Shown here: positions 40,868-51,228 of the stretch, piece by piece | Numbering within the stretch: position 1 is the stretch's first letter | Layout: every line of letters starts with the position of its first letter | From: an uncultured Acidobacteriota bacterium | GTDB lineage: Bacteria; Acidobacteriota; Thermoanaerobaculia; UBA5066; Gp7-AA6 | Direction: 5' to 3' | Assembly: GCA_963847075.1 (NCBI GenBank) | Contig: CAWJYL010000002.1 | Location: 1,608,121-1,672,120 of the forward strand | Length of the DNA: 64,000 nucleotides | Translations under genes and position numbers: made by a program | Notes under the pieces: generated by a model | Databases searched by the model: none | Seen by the model: the letters and a program-made list of their open reading frames with translations, nothing else | What the model was told of the DNA's origin: nothing

Positions 40868-41094
40868 GTTCTCAGCCGGCCTATTTTCCTTCCATCACGG
40901 CTGGCGTCGCCAGGATGCGACATCATGCTTCTGATAGGTCCCAGCGTAAAGGGATGCTCGGCGATCTCTCGGGGAAGGCCCTTGAAGGTGAGGAGCTTAG
41001 ACGACGAGAATCGGTTTCCGGGCCCTCCGTTGGACGAGCATGGCCCGCCCAATAAAGGCGCCGCGTGGTCAGCGCCTACCGATATCCTCCCGAG

Positions 41095-42018
41095 ATGCTG
41101 CGCATCGCGCACGTCTCCGACCTGCACGTCCTCTCGTCGGCTGGCGTGGAGTGGCGAAAGATGCTCTTCAACAAGCGAATCACGGGCTTCGCGAATCTCG
41201 TCCTGCGCCGCAGCCGCGTGCACCGTCGCGAGTACCTGCTCGCGGTCCTGGCGGCCGCCGCGGCAAGCGCTGATCACGTCGTCGTCACCGGCGACATCAC
41301 GAACCTCGCGCTCGAGAGCGAGTACGAGGAGGCGCGAAAACTGCTCGACGGCGTCGCGCGCTCGACGGAGGTGACGGTGGTTCCCGGTAACCACGACATC
41401 TACCTGCCGCCGGTCCAGCGCGAGCGTCGCTTTCCTTCTCACTTCGGAGCGTTCCTGCGAGGCGACCTCTCCGAGTTCGCGCTCGACCTGCCCGCCGGCC
41501 CCTATCCCGTCGTGAAGCTGCGCGGGGCCGCGGCGATCATCGCGCTGTCGAGCGCCGTGCCGCGGCCTCCATTCATCGCGGCGGGCTTCGTCGGTGCGGC
41601 CCAGCTCGCGGCCCTGGGACGGCTGCTGGGCCACCCCGAAGTGGCCCGGCGCACGCCCGTGATCCTTATCCATCACCCTCCGGTCGACACGCGCATCCGA
41701 CTCAGGCAACTGCGCGACGGCCTGGTCGACGCAGCGTCGTTTCGCAATGCCCTCGCACCGCTGGCGCGAGGACTGGTGCTCTTCGGCCATCTGCATGTGC
41801 GAGTGCGCTGTGTGCTGCGAACGGCCGCAGGCGCAGTCGATGTCATCGCCGCCAGCGGCGCCGCACTCGATCACCCGGACTCCTCGGTCCGGGCCGGCTT
41901 CAATATGTACGAAATCGACGACAACGGAGCGATCGCGACGGTCGAGGCACGAGTCATCGACCCCGCGGGCGGAGCTCTGCGACAAACGACGATCGCCGCA
42001 CGGCCAGGCTGCGCATGA
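41095..42018 (+). CDS. calcineurin-like metallophosphoesterase
   Basis: Reads MLRIAHVSDLHV...VVTGDITN...VPGNHD...LIHHPP...FGHLH. Its stop overlaps the next ATG as ATGA. The ORF track starts at 41065. Confidence 0.8.
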   Translation: MLRIAHVSDLHVLSSAGVEWRKMLFNKRITGFANLVLRRSRVHRREYLLAVLAAAAASADHVVVTGDITNLALESEYEEARKLLDGVARSTEVTVVPGNHDIYLPPVQRERRFPSHFGAFLRGDLSEFALDLPAGPYPVVKLRGAAAIIALSSAVPRPPFIAAGFVGAAQLAALGRLLGHPEVARRTPVILIHHPPVDTRIRLRQLRDGLVDAASFRNALAPLARGLVLFGHLHVRVRCVLRTAAGAVDVIAASGAALDHPDSSVRAGFNMYEIDDNGAIATVEARVIDPAGGALRQTTIAARPGCA

Positions 42019-44705
42019 AGTATCGCCGCGTCCTCCTCGTCACGGAGCTCGGAGCCGACGCCCGCGGGGAAGTCGCGACGATCCGGCGGGTAGCGCCCGA
42101 GGCTGCTCTGCTGGTCGTCATCGCTCGTCTTCCCGCGCGCAAGTTCGCGTGGTTTACCGGCGAGGCCCCCTCCGATCTGAATGAAGCGGCGACCGCGTCG
42201 CTCGCTGAGCTGCGTAACGCGACCGCGGGCGCCGCGAAAACGGTGGAAGTGAAGCTCGCGCCCGAGCTGACGACCGGCGATCTGGTCGAGGTCGCGACCG
42301 CATCGGAGATCGACCTTCTCGCGACCGGGCGACTGCCGCCGACGAGCGTTGCGGTCGCCGCCGAGTTGCGCAAGAGGCGATCCCTGCCCGTGCTGTGGAT
42401 CGCGGGAGCGCCTGCAAGCGATCGCCCGATCACCAACCTTCTCTGCGTCGCGCTGGGGGGGCGCGCTCGCACCGCGGTTACCGAATTCCTACGCGACCAT
42501 GGCACACCCGACCTTCACGCCAGCGTCCTCCTGACCGAGGCCCGGTTTCCCGGCGATCTCGCCGCCACGTTGAATGTGGCAGGCATCGAGGCGGTAGTGG
42601 ATCTCATCACGCCGCCGGAAGCGGCACGGCGCCGGTGGAGAGGTGAGGGGGCGCCGGATGGCGCTCTCGACCTGCTAGTGCTCGCACGATTTCCCCGTGC
42701 CTCGCTGCCGTGGGCGTCATGGCCGGCGCCAATTCTCATTCTGCCTCCGCCGCACGCGGCCGGGCCGGCGCTCCGGCGCGCGATCGACTTGTCGGACCTC
42801 GTGGATGAAGGCGGCGTGATTCGCGCGCGCTTCGACTACGCTCTGGGCGTGGGACGGCGCGAACCGATCCCCAATCAGCAGATCGCATTCGTCTCCGGCG
42901 GCCGGATCATCGCCGAGGTCGCGACGAGCGACGGCGACGCCGAGCTGTCTCCGAGCCCCGGGGTGGACTCACTCGGCGTGTTTCGTGTGGAAGGGAGTGC
43001 GGCGCCCGATCCACTCACCACCATCGAGGAGCAGGTCGAGGTGATTCGGCCCGGCTCGCGCCCTCTTCTTCTCTTCGACGCCGACCTCGCGGCCAACGGG
43101 CTGTCCGCCATTGCGGGCCTTGGCGGCCCGGAGGCGCCCGACGCGCTTGCGGTGCGGCTGCGGCCGATGCAAAGTTGTAAAGCGATCCGCGCGCGGTTGC
43201 ACCTGGCCGGTCTCGCCGCACGCGTCGTCGACGCCAGTGCCGTGCTGGATGAGGGCCAGGCGCTCGACGTACCGGTGGCCGTGGACCCAGTGCGGCTCGC
43301 GCGCGTGGGCGCAAGACTGCGGGCAGCGGGATTTCCGGTCGCGGCGATCGTTCACAAAGGCGAGCACACGCCGTCCACCATCGGCTTCGCGGCCTTGAGA
43401 GCGGAGCATCTTGCGTCGACGCCATTGCGATTTCAGCGGCCCGCTCCCGGGCCGCCCTCCCTCGCCAGCCGCCTCGAGGCGACGACGGGCGCTTCCCTGC
43501 TGGCCGGCAACCGCATCGAGGTCGAGATGGACAACCGGAAGGCGCGCCGGTGGCTGCTCGAAGCGATCGGAGAGAGCAAGCAGCGCGTCCATCTGCAGGC
43601 TTACATGGCGTTGGACGACGACGTGGGCGGGCAGGTGGAGTCGGCTCTGGCCGCGGCGGGCGCGCGCGGTGTCGCTGTGCGCGTCGTCGTCGACTCGCTG
43701 CACGGTCTTCACGGCTCCCTCGGCATGCGGAACCCGCTCCTCGAACGCCTCGGAAACCGCCCGGGCGTCGAGCTTCGAGTCGTGCGGCCGGTCACGGGAG
43801 CCCCCTCGCTGGAGGACCTGAAACAGCGAGACCATCGCAAGGTCGCAATCGTCGACGGCGCGCTGGCTCTGCTGGGCGGGCGCAATCTTTCTCACGAGTA
43901 TTACACCGGCTTCGAGGAAGTGAACCTCACCCCTCGGTCATTGTGGCGCGAAGTGCCCTGGCTGGATGCCGGTGCGCGAGTGGAAGGTCCGGCCGTCGCG
44001 GCGTTGGAGCGTTCGTTCCTCCAGGCCTGGACCGGGGCGGGAGGTTTCGCCTTCGACATGGCCGAGATTCCGGAGTGCGGCCCCTCGCCAGCGCGCGTGG
44101 TCGTCCATCTCGGGCTCCGCGACGCCTCCACCCTCGAGACCTACCTCGCGCTCATCGAGACCGCGAAGTCGCACGTTTACGCCGTGAACGGCTTTCCCCT
44201 GATCCTGGAGATCCAGCATGCCTTGCTGCGCGCGCTCCGCCGCGGCGTCCGCGTGCGCGCGCTCTTCGGCAACCTCACGCCCACGCACGACGGCAAGCGC
44301 TTCGAGGGGCCCTGGGGCACCGCGCGGGTCGCCGCGACGGAGCTGGTCGCCTCCCGCATCGACACGGTCGTCGCGGCCGGCGGCGAGTGCTATCAGCTCG
44401 CGATGCCCGAGCGGCCTGGCTGGACGGGTCTCGGCGTCCTGAGGCCTCATGTCCACGCGAAGGTGATGAGCGTGGACGGCCGCGTCTGCTCCGTCGGCAG
44501 CGCGAATCTGGACATCACGGCCGGCTACTGGGAGAACGAGCTGCTGCTCCTGGTGGAGGACCCGACGATCGCGAGCGCGCTCGAGGCCCGCATCGATCAA
44601 CTCATCGCGGGCTCGGCGCGCGTCGATCGCGACGAGCCGGCCTGGCGGCAGACCGCGCGGCGCCGCGACTGGATGCGGCACTGGCCGGGCGTGCTGTCCG
44701 TCTGA
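42015..44705 (+). CDS. large phospholipase D-family protein (two HKD motifs) with USP-like N-terminal region
   Basis: Intact 896 aa. HKD-1 is HRKVAIVDGALALLGGRNL and HKD-2 is HAKVMSVDGRVCSVGSANLD. The N-terminal ~300 aa has USP/adenine-nucleotide-alpha-hydrolase-like repeats (RRVLLVTELG...). Confidence 0.8.
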   Translation: MKYRRVLLVTELGADARGEVATIRRVAPEAALLVVIARLPARKFAWFTGEAPSDLNEAATASLAELRNATAGAAKTVEVKLAPELTTGDLVEVATASEIDLLATGRLPPTSVAVAAELRKRRSLPVLWIAGAPASDRPITNLLCVALGGRARTAVTEFLRDHGTPDLHASVLLTEARFPGDLAATLNVAGIEAVVDLITPPEAARRRWRGEGAPDGALDLLVLARFPRASLPWASWPAPILILPPPHAAGPALRRAIDLSDLVDEGGVIRARFDYALGVGRREPIPNQQIAFVSGGRIIAEVATSDGDAELSPSPGVDSLGVFRVEGSAAPDPLTTIEEQVEVIRPGSRPLLLFDADLAANGLSAIAGLGGPEAPDALAVRLRPMQSCKAIRARLHLAGLAARVVDASAVLDEGQALDVPVAVDPVRLARVGARLRAAGFPVAAIVHKGEHTPSTIGFAALRAEHLASTPLRFQRPAPGPPSLASRLEATTGASLLAGNRIEVEMDNRKARRWLLEAIGESKQRVHLQAYMALDDDVGGQVESALAAAGARGVAVRVVVDSLHGLHGSLGMRNPLLERLGNRPGVELRVVRPVTGAPSLEDLKQRDHRKVAIVDGALALLGGRNLSHEYYTGFEEVNLTPRSLWREVPWLDAGARVEGPAVAALERSFLQAWTGAGGFAFDMAEIPECGPSPARVVVHLGLRDASTLETYLALIETAKSHVYAVNGFPLILEIQHALLRALRRGVRVRALFGNLTPTHDGKRFEGPWGTARVAATELVASRIDTVVAAGGECYQLAMPERPGWTGLGVLRPHVHAKVMSVDGRVCSVGSANLDITAGYWENELLLLVEDPTIASALEARIDQLIAGSARVDRDEPAWRQTARRRDWMRHWPGVLSV

Positions 44706-44725
44706 GCACCGGCCGGGAGAGCCGA

Positions 44726-45724
44726 TCAGCCCGGATCGCCAAACTCGTCGACGCGGCCCTTCGGCCGAAGCGCCGCGATGTAGTGATGCGGGCCGTGCTC
44801 ATCCATCGTGTAGCGGGAAGAGTCCCGGCGCTTCGCGGTGCCGAGGAAGGCCAGGAGCGCGCGTGGAACCTCTCGGAGATTCACGAGTTGGGTGACGGGA
44901 GTCTCCGACTGCTGCCACTCGCCTTCCGCGTAGCGGTATTCCCGTCCGAAATGCGCCAGGCGTCCCCACGCCGCAGGGGGCAGACTCGGAATGAGATCGC
45001 GGGCGTTGACATGACGGTACAGCTTCCGTCCCATTTCGCGCGCTGCTTCGGGCACGGGCTCGCCGGTGACCAGCGGCTGGCCGAACGTATAGATCGCTCG
45101 CAGCTTGCCGGCGATCTCGCGGTGCTCCGCCGTCCTGGCGAGGGATAGCGCGAACAGCACGGCCATAGCGCCGCCGAGGCTGTGGCCCGTCACGTACAGC
45201 GCTTCCATCGGATGGTCGAGGCTCTTCCGCGGATCCAACAGCGACCTGCCTTGCAGGGCGAGGTTCAACTCGTCGAGGACGCCCCGGAGCGTGGACCGGA
45301 CGTTTCGAAGCATCCCGGCATGGACGACCAGTTCATGGCCGCCGAGCGTGATCGAGTCTGATCCGACGTCCGCGTCCGTGAGCCAGTTGCCGAGATTCGC
45401 CGGCTCGGTGCCCCGATAGCAGAGGATCGCCGCCCGGCCGCAGCGGCTTTGCACGAGATATGCCGTTGAGAAAATGTGCATCGCATCCACGACTTGCGCG
45501 ACACGCACACAGGCGCTGCCCACGAGCCCGATTCTGGCCATAGTCATGGCCACGGTTTCAGTGTCCGCATAGGCGTAGCCGGAACACGTCCCGAGGACAT
45601 GCGCGACAACGGCGTCGCGCCCGGCATCTGGCGACCCGTGCGCCGCAAGGAGGTTCCCGACGAGATCCTCGTAAACAGGGAACGGGCGACCGCACGCTCC
45701 ACTCGACAGCCGCTCGACGTTCAT
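44726..45724 (-). CDS. class 3 lipase family protein
   Basis: 332 aa with nucleophile elbow YVTGHSLGGAMAVL, then YTFGQPLV and the RDLIPSLP pattern. Confidence 0.8.
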   Translation of the reverse strand: MNVERLSSGACGRPFPVYEDLVGNLLAAHGSPDAGRDAVVAHVLGTCSGYAYADTETVAMTMARIGLVGSACVRVAQVVDAMHIFSTAYLVQSRCGRAAILCYRGTEPANLGNWLTDADVGSDSITLGGHELVVHAGMLRNVRSTLRGVLDELNLALQGRSLLDPRKSLDHPMEALYVTGHSLGGAMAVLFALSLARTAEHREIAGKLRAIYTFGQPLVTGEPVPEAAREMGRKLYRHVNARDLIPSLPPAAWGRLAHFGREYRYAEGEWQQSETPVTQLVNLREVPRALLAFLGTAKRRDSSRYTMDEHGPHHYIAALRPKGRVDEFGDPG

Positions 45725-46291
45725 CGCTTCAAGAGCCTGTCTTTCATGCCGTCGACGAACCCTTCCATCGGGCCGTCCCGAGGGAGCAGGCGTGCAACGC
45801 TATCACTTTTGGCTCGTCTCTCCTGTCCGAATGCGAATCACGATGGAGCGGGGCGCTCTCTTGCACTGGTCCGAGGAGGGGCACCGGACACGCGAGGTTC
45901 AGAACCCGGCGTGCCGATGAACCTGTCGCACGAGGGATTGGGATGACGATGAGCCGTGCGAGCCGTTCCTGAGTTCCGTCGCACGCTCCACCACGTCGCT
46001 TGAGAAATATCGCGCTCGCGTTCAGTCTGGTGTTCTCGGACGGGCAAACCGAGCAGAAATCGGCGCGTTCGCCTCGGTGCGACTCGGAGAGATTCGAAGC
46101 TAGAATCGCCGACACGGTCTTCCGATGACACTCCCAGCCGGTACTTGCCACGGGCCCTGTGAGGTCCTGTCGTTTCTCGGCGCGGGCGAGGTACGGGAGG
46201 CGTACCGGGTACGAGATGGCCGCCCAACGCCCGACGTGGCCATCGGCGTGGTGCCCACCGTCATCGTGTTGCACCGGGGGCAGTCGTCAGC

Positions 46292-47755
46292 ATGAGCTCG
46301 CATTTTCTGCCGCCTGCCGTCATCGTTGTCGCACACGTCCTCGTCGTCCTCGTCGTGGGTGGGCGTGTCATCATGCGACGACCGGTGCGCGGGGTCGCCC
46401 TTGCGTGGCTGTTCCTCGCAGCCATGCTGCCCTTCGCCGGCGGGCTGGCTTACTTGCTCATCGGGGAGCGCCGGATTGGCCGCCGGCGAAGACGAGACCT
46501 CGACACCCTGCACACCGACTTTCGGAAGATTGCCGCGGCGGCGATCCCGGCCGGCCTTACCGAGGTTGCCTGGCCGCGCCACGCGCCTGCCGCCCGCAGC
46601 CTCGATCGCCTGGGTCGGACCCTGGTGGGCAGCCCGACGGTGAAAGGCAGCAGCTTCGAGCTGTTCGCCGATACGCAGGCTGCACTGAAAGCGATCGCCC
46701 ACGACGTGGACAGCGCGAAGACCAGCGTCCTGATGGAGTTCTACATCTGGAATGAGGGGGGCACGGCGGAGATCGTGCTCGATGCTCTGATCCGGGCGGC
46801 CGAACGGGGCGTCCGGTGCCGCGTGCTGATCGACGCGCTCGGAGCCCGGCCGTGGTGGCAGGGTCGGCAGCCCCGGCGGCTGAGGGAGGCGGGCGTCGAA
46901 GTGCGGGAGGCTCTCCCCGTGGGGCTGCTGCGCAGCCTGGTGGGCCGCACCGACCTTCGGTTGCATCGCAAGATCGTCGTCGTGGACGGCGAGGTGGCGT
47001 GGACCGGCAGCATGAATCTGGTGGACCCGGTCTACTTCAAGGCGGATGCCGGCGTCGGAGAATGGGTGGATGCGATGGTCCGCCTCGAGGGCGCTATCGT
47101 GGTCCCGCTCGGCGCGATCTTGATTGGAGACTGGCTGCTCGAGACCGGCGAGCCCATCGAGGATCTCATCCGCAGCGCCGGGCTCCATCTGGTTCGGCCA
47201 CAGGGGCCTTCCGACATCCAGGCCATTCCATCGGGACCTGGAGAAGGCGGCGATGGCCTGTTGCAAATGCTGCTGGCGCTGATTAGCGCCGCGCAGAATG
47301 AACTGGTGCTCACCACCCCTTATCTGGTCCCGGACGACGCCCTGATCCTGGCGCTGCGCGGGGCCGCAGGCCGCGGGGTCAAGGTCACGGTGATCGTCCC
47401 GGAAAAGGTGGACTCCCTACTGACCCGGTACGCGAGCCGGTCGTATTACGACGACCTGCTGGACGTCGGCGTGGAACTCCAGCTCTATCGCGGCGGCCTT
47501 CTGCACACGAAGTCCATTTTGGTGGACGACGCGATGTCGATGTTCGGGACGGTCAACTTCGACATGCGCAGCCTGTGGCTAAACTACGAGGTGGCATTGT
47601 TCGTCTACGGACCCGAATTCGCGCAGGCCCTCCGCGCGCTGCAGCAGGCCTACCTCGCGCAGTCCGTACCGCTCGACCGCGCGGCCTGGAGTCGCCGGCC
47701 CTTGAAGGAGCGATTTCTCGAGAACGTGCTTCGCCTCTTTAGCCCGCTGCTATGA
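46292..47755 (+). CDS. cls: cardiolipin synthase
   Basis: 487 aa. Two N-terminal TM segments ending LAYLLIGERR. HKD motifs LHRKIVVVDGEVAWTGSMN and LHTKSILVDDAMSMFGTVNFD. Confidence 0.9.
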   Translation: MSSHFLPPAVIVVAHVLVVLVVGGRVIMRRPVRGVALAWLFLAAMLPFAGGLAYLLIGERRIGRRRRRDLDTLHTDFRKIAAAAIPAGLTEVAWPRHAPAARSLDRLGRTLVGSPTVKGSSFELFADTQAALKAIAHDVDSAKTSVLMEFYIWNEGGTAEIVLDALIRAAERGVRCRVLIDALGARPWWQGRQPRRLREAGVEVREALPVGLLRSLVGRTDLRLHRKIVVVDGEVAWTGSMNLVDPVYFKADAGVGEWVDAMVRLEGAIVVPLGAILIGDWLLETGEPIEDLIRSAGLHLVRPQGPSDIQAIPSGPGEGGDGLLQMLLALISAAQNELVLTTPYLVPDDALILALRGAAGRGVKVTVIVPEKVDSLLTRYASRSYYDDLLDVGVELQLYRGGLLHTKSILVDDAMSMFGTVNFDMRSLWLNYEVALFVYGPEFAQALRALQQAYLAQSVPLDRAAWSRRPLKERFLENVLRLFSPLL

Positions 47756-47814
47756 GGTCGGGTTCATCGACTTGAGCGCCGGGCTCTCGGCCCGGTTTTG
47801 CTAAGGTCGTCGTC

Positions 47815-49080
47815 ATGTCCGAGCCTTCCACGGAGCAGATACGCGAATTGCTCGACTCCCTTTATCGCGTGGAGTCCGGACGAATCCTGGCAACGCTGAT
47901 CCGCTTGCTCGGGGATTTCGATCTTGCCGAGGAGGCAATGCACGAGGCCTTTGCGGCCGCGCTGAGTCTGTGGCCGAGGAGTGGAGTACCCGGCAACCCG
48001 CGACCATGGTTGATTTCGACGGCCCGATTCAAAGCCATGGATACTCTGCGTCGACGGGCACGCTCGGATGCGTCCCAAGACGAGCTCGTGCGCCATCTCG
48101 AAGCGCAGTGGAGTTCGGCGGAAGAGTCCAATGAAGAGGGCAACCTCGAGGATGATCGGCTGCGCCTGATTTTTGCGTGCTGTCATCCATCTCTTGCGCC
48201 GGAAGCGCGCATCGCGCTCACCTTGCGGGAGGTGTGCGGGCTGACAACCGAGGAGATCGCAAAGGCCTTCCTCATTACTCCGCGTACGCTGGCGCAGCGC
48301 ATTGTGCGCGCCAAGTCAAAGATTCGAGACACGCCGATTCGGTACGAAGTGCCGACGCCTCAGGAATTGCCGGAGCGACTGGGCGCGGTGCTTCAGGTCG
48401 TCTATCTCATCTTCAATGAGGGCTACTCCGCTGCGGCGGGAGCGGAAGTCACGCGGGCCGAGCTGACCGGCGAGGCGATTCGACTGGGCCGGTTGCTGAC
48501 CGAACTCCGGTCAGAACCGGAAGTTGAACCGGAAGTCATTGGCCTGCTATCCCTGATGTTGCTGCAGGAATCCCGCCGCGCCGCGAGAACATCGCCGACC
48601 GGAGAGCTGATTTTGCTGGAGAACCAGGATCGCTCGCTCTGGAACCGAGAGCAGATCGCGGAGGGAGTGGCATTGCTGGAAAAAGCCCTGAAGTCCCGCC
48701 GCTTCGGCTCTTACACACTGCAGGCTGCGATTGCGGCCGTTCATGCAAAGGCGGAATCGGTCGCCGTGACCGACTGGCGACAGATCGTTGCGCTTTACGA
48801 CCGATTGCTGCGGATTCAGCCTTCGCCGGTCGTACAGCTCAATCGTGCCGTGGCAATTGCGATGCGCGATGGTCCAGAGGTCGGCCTGACGCATATCGAC
48901 GCGGTGTTGGAGCATGGCGAACTGGCAAATTATTACCTGGCGCATTCAGCCCGTGCAGACATGTGCCGCAGGCTCGGCAGGACAGCGGAGGCTCGGTCCT
49001 CTTATGAAAAAGCTCTGGCGCTGACCCAACAGGAACCTGAGCGGCAATTCCTGCAACGGCGGATTCGGCAGTTGAAATAA
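47815..49080 (+). CDS. ECF-type sigma-70 family sigma factor with long C-terminal extension (ECF42-like)
   Basis: 421 aa. The sigma-2/sigma-4 regions (WLISTARFKAMDTLRR..., LTLREVCGLTTEEIAKAFLITPRTLAQRIVRAK) are followed by a ~230-aa helical/TPR-like extension. YCII/DGPF genes lie downstream. Confidence 0.85.
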   Translation: MSEPSTEQIRELLDSLYRVESGRILATLIRLLGDFDLAEEAMHEAFAAALSLWPRSGVPGNPRPWLISTARFKAMDTLRRRARSDASQDELVRHLEAQWSSAEESNEEGNLEDDRLRLIFACCHPSLAPEARIALTLREVCGLTTEEIAKAFLITPRTLAQRIVRAKSKIRDTPIRYEVPTPQELPERLGAVLQVVYLIFNEGYSAAAGAEVTRAELTGEAIRLGRLLTELRSEPEVEPEVIGLLSLMLLQESRRAARTSPTGELILLENQDRSLWNREQIAEGVALLEKALKSRRFGSYTLQAAIAAVHAKAESVAVTDWRQIVALYDRLLRIQPSPVVQLNRAVAIAMRDGPEVGLTHIDAVLEHGELANYYLAHSARADMCRRLGRTAEARSSYEKALALTQQEPERQFLQRRIRQLK

Positions 49081-49262
49081 GACACGACTCGTCAGAAGCC
49101 GATGCGGACATTGAGATGACCAGGCGCAAAGCACGGTTCTCAGCCGCGGAAGAAGCAGAATTTCTTGGCCGAGCTGTCGAATTCCGGTCCGGCCGGACGA
49201 CTATATGGTGAGGGCAGGGCAAGCGGCCCGCCCGAAGACCGTCACAGGAGAATGGAGAAGTC

Positions 49263-49637
49263 ATGACGCAGTATTTGGTCGCGATTCACCTTCCCGACGA
49301 CTTCGACCCGTCCGCAGCGGACGAAGCGATGTCCCGCGACATCGACGTGCTCAACGACGAGATGGTGGCTGCCGGTGTCAGGGTTTTCGTGGGCGGGCTC
49401 TCCCCCGCCAGGAACGCGAGGTCGCTGCGGGCGCAGCCCGATGGGAAGGTTCTCATCACCGACGGGCCGTACCTGGAGACCAAGGAGCACATGGGCGGTT
49501 TTTGGGTGCTGGACGCCGCTGACCTGGACGAGGCGCTGGCGTGGGGTCGTAAGGCTGCCGTCGCCTGTCGGGCGCCGGTCGAGGTACGCGCAGTTTGGAG
49601 ACCTGGAGACCCAACGGAAGCAACTGAGCGGCGGTGA
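49263..49637 (+). CDS. YCII/DGPF-domain protein
   Basis: Reads MTQYLVAIHLP...ITDGPYLETKEHMGGFWVLDAADLDEALAWGRK. Confidence 0.8.
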   Translation: MTQYLVAIHLPDDFDPSAADEAMSRDIDVLNDEMVAAGVRVFVGGLSPARNARSLRAQPDGKVLITDGPYLETKEHMGGFWVLDAADLDEALAWGRKAAVACRAPVEVRAVWRPGDPTEATERR

Positions 49638-49758
49638 CAACACTGCCGGCGTTTCCGGCCTGACGGCCCGCTGTCGGGGTGCCGCGAGCCAGGTCGGCAT
49701 CCGTGCTTACAGAACCGCTGAGTCACGGCCCCGAGTCACAGGAAACAGGGAGGAATTG

Positions 49759-50175
49759 ATGAAATACATCTGTCTGGGATACATCGAGCCAGGACGGTTC
49801 GAAGGGATGACCGAGGACGAGCGCCACGCAACGTTCGACGAATGCTTCGAGTACAACGACCATCTGCGCGCCAACGGACATCTTGTCGCCGAGGTGCCTC
49901 TTCAGCCTCCGGAGACCGCGTTGACCCTGTACTGGAAAGACGGCAACGTCGCGACGACGGACGGCCCCTATGCGGAAACCAAGGAACAGCTCGGCGGCAT
50001 TCAAATCCTCGAGGCGCGAGACCTCAATCACGCCGTTCAGCTCATCTCACAGCAACCAGGCTTCAAATATGGACTTGGACCGATCGAGATACGGCCGGTC
50101 ATGGATTTGAGCGACATCATGAAGGAGAGTGAACAGCGGCGACGGCGAAACGCTGATCCTCGGCAGGGAGACTGA
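49759..50175 (+). CDS. YCII/DGPF-domain protein
   Basis: In-frame ATG 49759 follows GGAGG. Reads MKYICLGYIEP...TTDGPYAETKEQLGGIQILEARDLNHAVQL. Confidence 0.8.
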   Translation: MKYICLGYIEPGRFEGMTEDERHATFDECFEYNDHLRANGHLVAEVPLQPPETALTLYWKDGNVATTDGPYAETKEQLGGIQILEARDLNHAVQLISQQPGFKYGLGPIEIRPVMDLSDIMKESEQRRRRNADPRQGD

Positions 50176-50242
50176 GAACATGTCATTCGTTCGCGATCTG
50201 AGAGTTGCAGCTCACTCGTTGATTCGGACCCCAGGGCTGGCG

Positions 50243-50323
50243 ACGGACAGATCGGGGGAGTAACTCGAACACAATCGGGAATTCGTTAGAACTCCGTGGA
50301 TTCAACTCCGGCCGCCTCCACCA
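50243..50323 (+). repeat. ssrA-associated att-like element, copy E (diverged)
   Basis: GACGGACAGATCGGGGGAGTAACTCGAACACAATCGGGAATTCGTTAGAACTCC is followed by GTGGATTCAACTCCGGCCGCCTCCACCA. That is 24 of 26 nt identical to the ssrA 3' end. Confidence 0.75.
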
Positions 50324-50445
50324 AGTTAGGTTCATCACAATCGTGTCGAGTCGCGCCCCCGTCGTTCGTCGTAACTCTGTAAAGAGACCACATTGGTGCA
50401 GGGCATCCTGCTTCTACGAACCATCGCAAGACTTAAGGAGGAATC

Positions 50446-51111
50446 ATGGCTACCGCAACGGCAACACGAAGAAAGCTCGTGTTGAAGATGTCCGTCTCCC
50501 TGGACGGCTTTGTTGCCGGACCGAACGGCGAGGTCGACTGGATATTTCGGACATCGGGGGGCAACGAATCCACGGAGTGGGTTCTCAATACGCTTCGCGG
50601 AGCCGGCGTGCACATAATGGGGAGCCGTAGCTATTACGACATGGCGGCGTTTTGGCCCTTTTCGGACATGCCGATCGCACCGCCGATGAACGACATTCCC
50701 AAGATCATTTTCTCGAGGAAAGGGATCAAGGACGGCACACAGGTGGATCGGACGACGCGGGCGCTCGCCGAAGCAAAAGCGCGCAATGCGGAGCGGCATG
50801 GCGTCGCGCCGACAGCGGCGGTCCTGCAGTCCTGGGCTGAACCCACGGTGGCACGCGGCGATCTCGCGGAGGAAGTTCTCCGACTGAAGGAACAGCCGGG
50901 CAATTTCATCCTTGCGCATGGAGGCGCTCGGTTCGCCCAAAGCCTCGTTGCCTCCGGCCTCATTGACGAATATCGACTGGGCATTCATCCGGTTGTATTG
51001 GGCCAAGGCCAACCGCTTTTCTCCGGACTGCGCAGCCCGGTTGATCTGCGACTCATCAGCACGACCCCCTTCCGCTCTGGCGCCGTCGCAGCCGTCTACC
51101 AACCGGCATGA
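50446..51111 (+). CDS. dihydrofolate reductase-like protein (RibD C-terminal domain family)
   Basis: 221 aa reading KLVLKMSVSLDGFVAGPNGEVDW...HIMGSRSY...LIDEYRLGIHPVVLGQGQPLF. Confidence 0.8.
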   Translation: MATATATRRKLVLKMSVSLDGFVAGPNGEVDWIFRTSGGNESTEWVLNTLRGAGVHIMGSRSYYDMAAFWPFSDMPIAPPMNDIPKIIFSRKGIKDGTQVDRTTRALAEAKARNAERHGVAPTAAVLQSWAEPTVARGDLAEEVLRLKEQPGNFILAHGGARFAQSLVASGLIDEYRLGIHPVVLGQGQPLFSGLRSPVDLRLISTTPFRSGAVAAVYQPA

Positions 51112-51228
51112 ACCGTCGCGCGCATCGACGCCATGAAGGCTCTTCGCGCCGAGTGAAATGCACAGGGCAATCCGCCCGGCACTGACAAATCGGTGGCCAT
51201 GCGCGCCGACCCCTTAGCGGCTGGGAAG

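Noticed and set aside
40868-41094. A sigma-54 promoter for the metallophosphoesterase/PLD operon (TGGCGTCGCCAGGATGC)
   Set aside because: The GG-to-GC spacing is two nucleotides too long, and the -24 and -12 flanks do not match the consensus.
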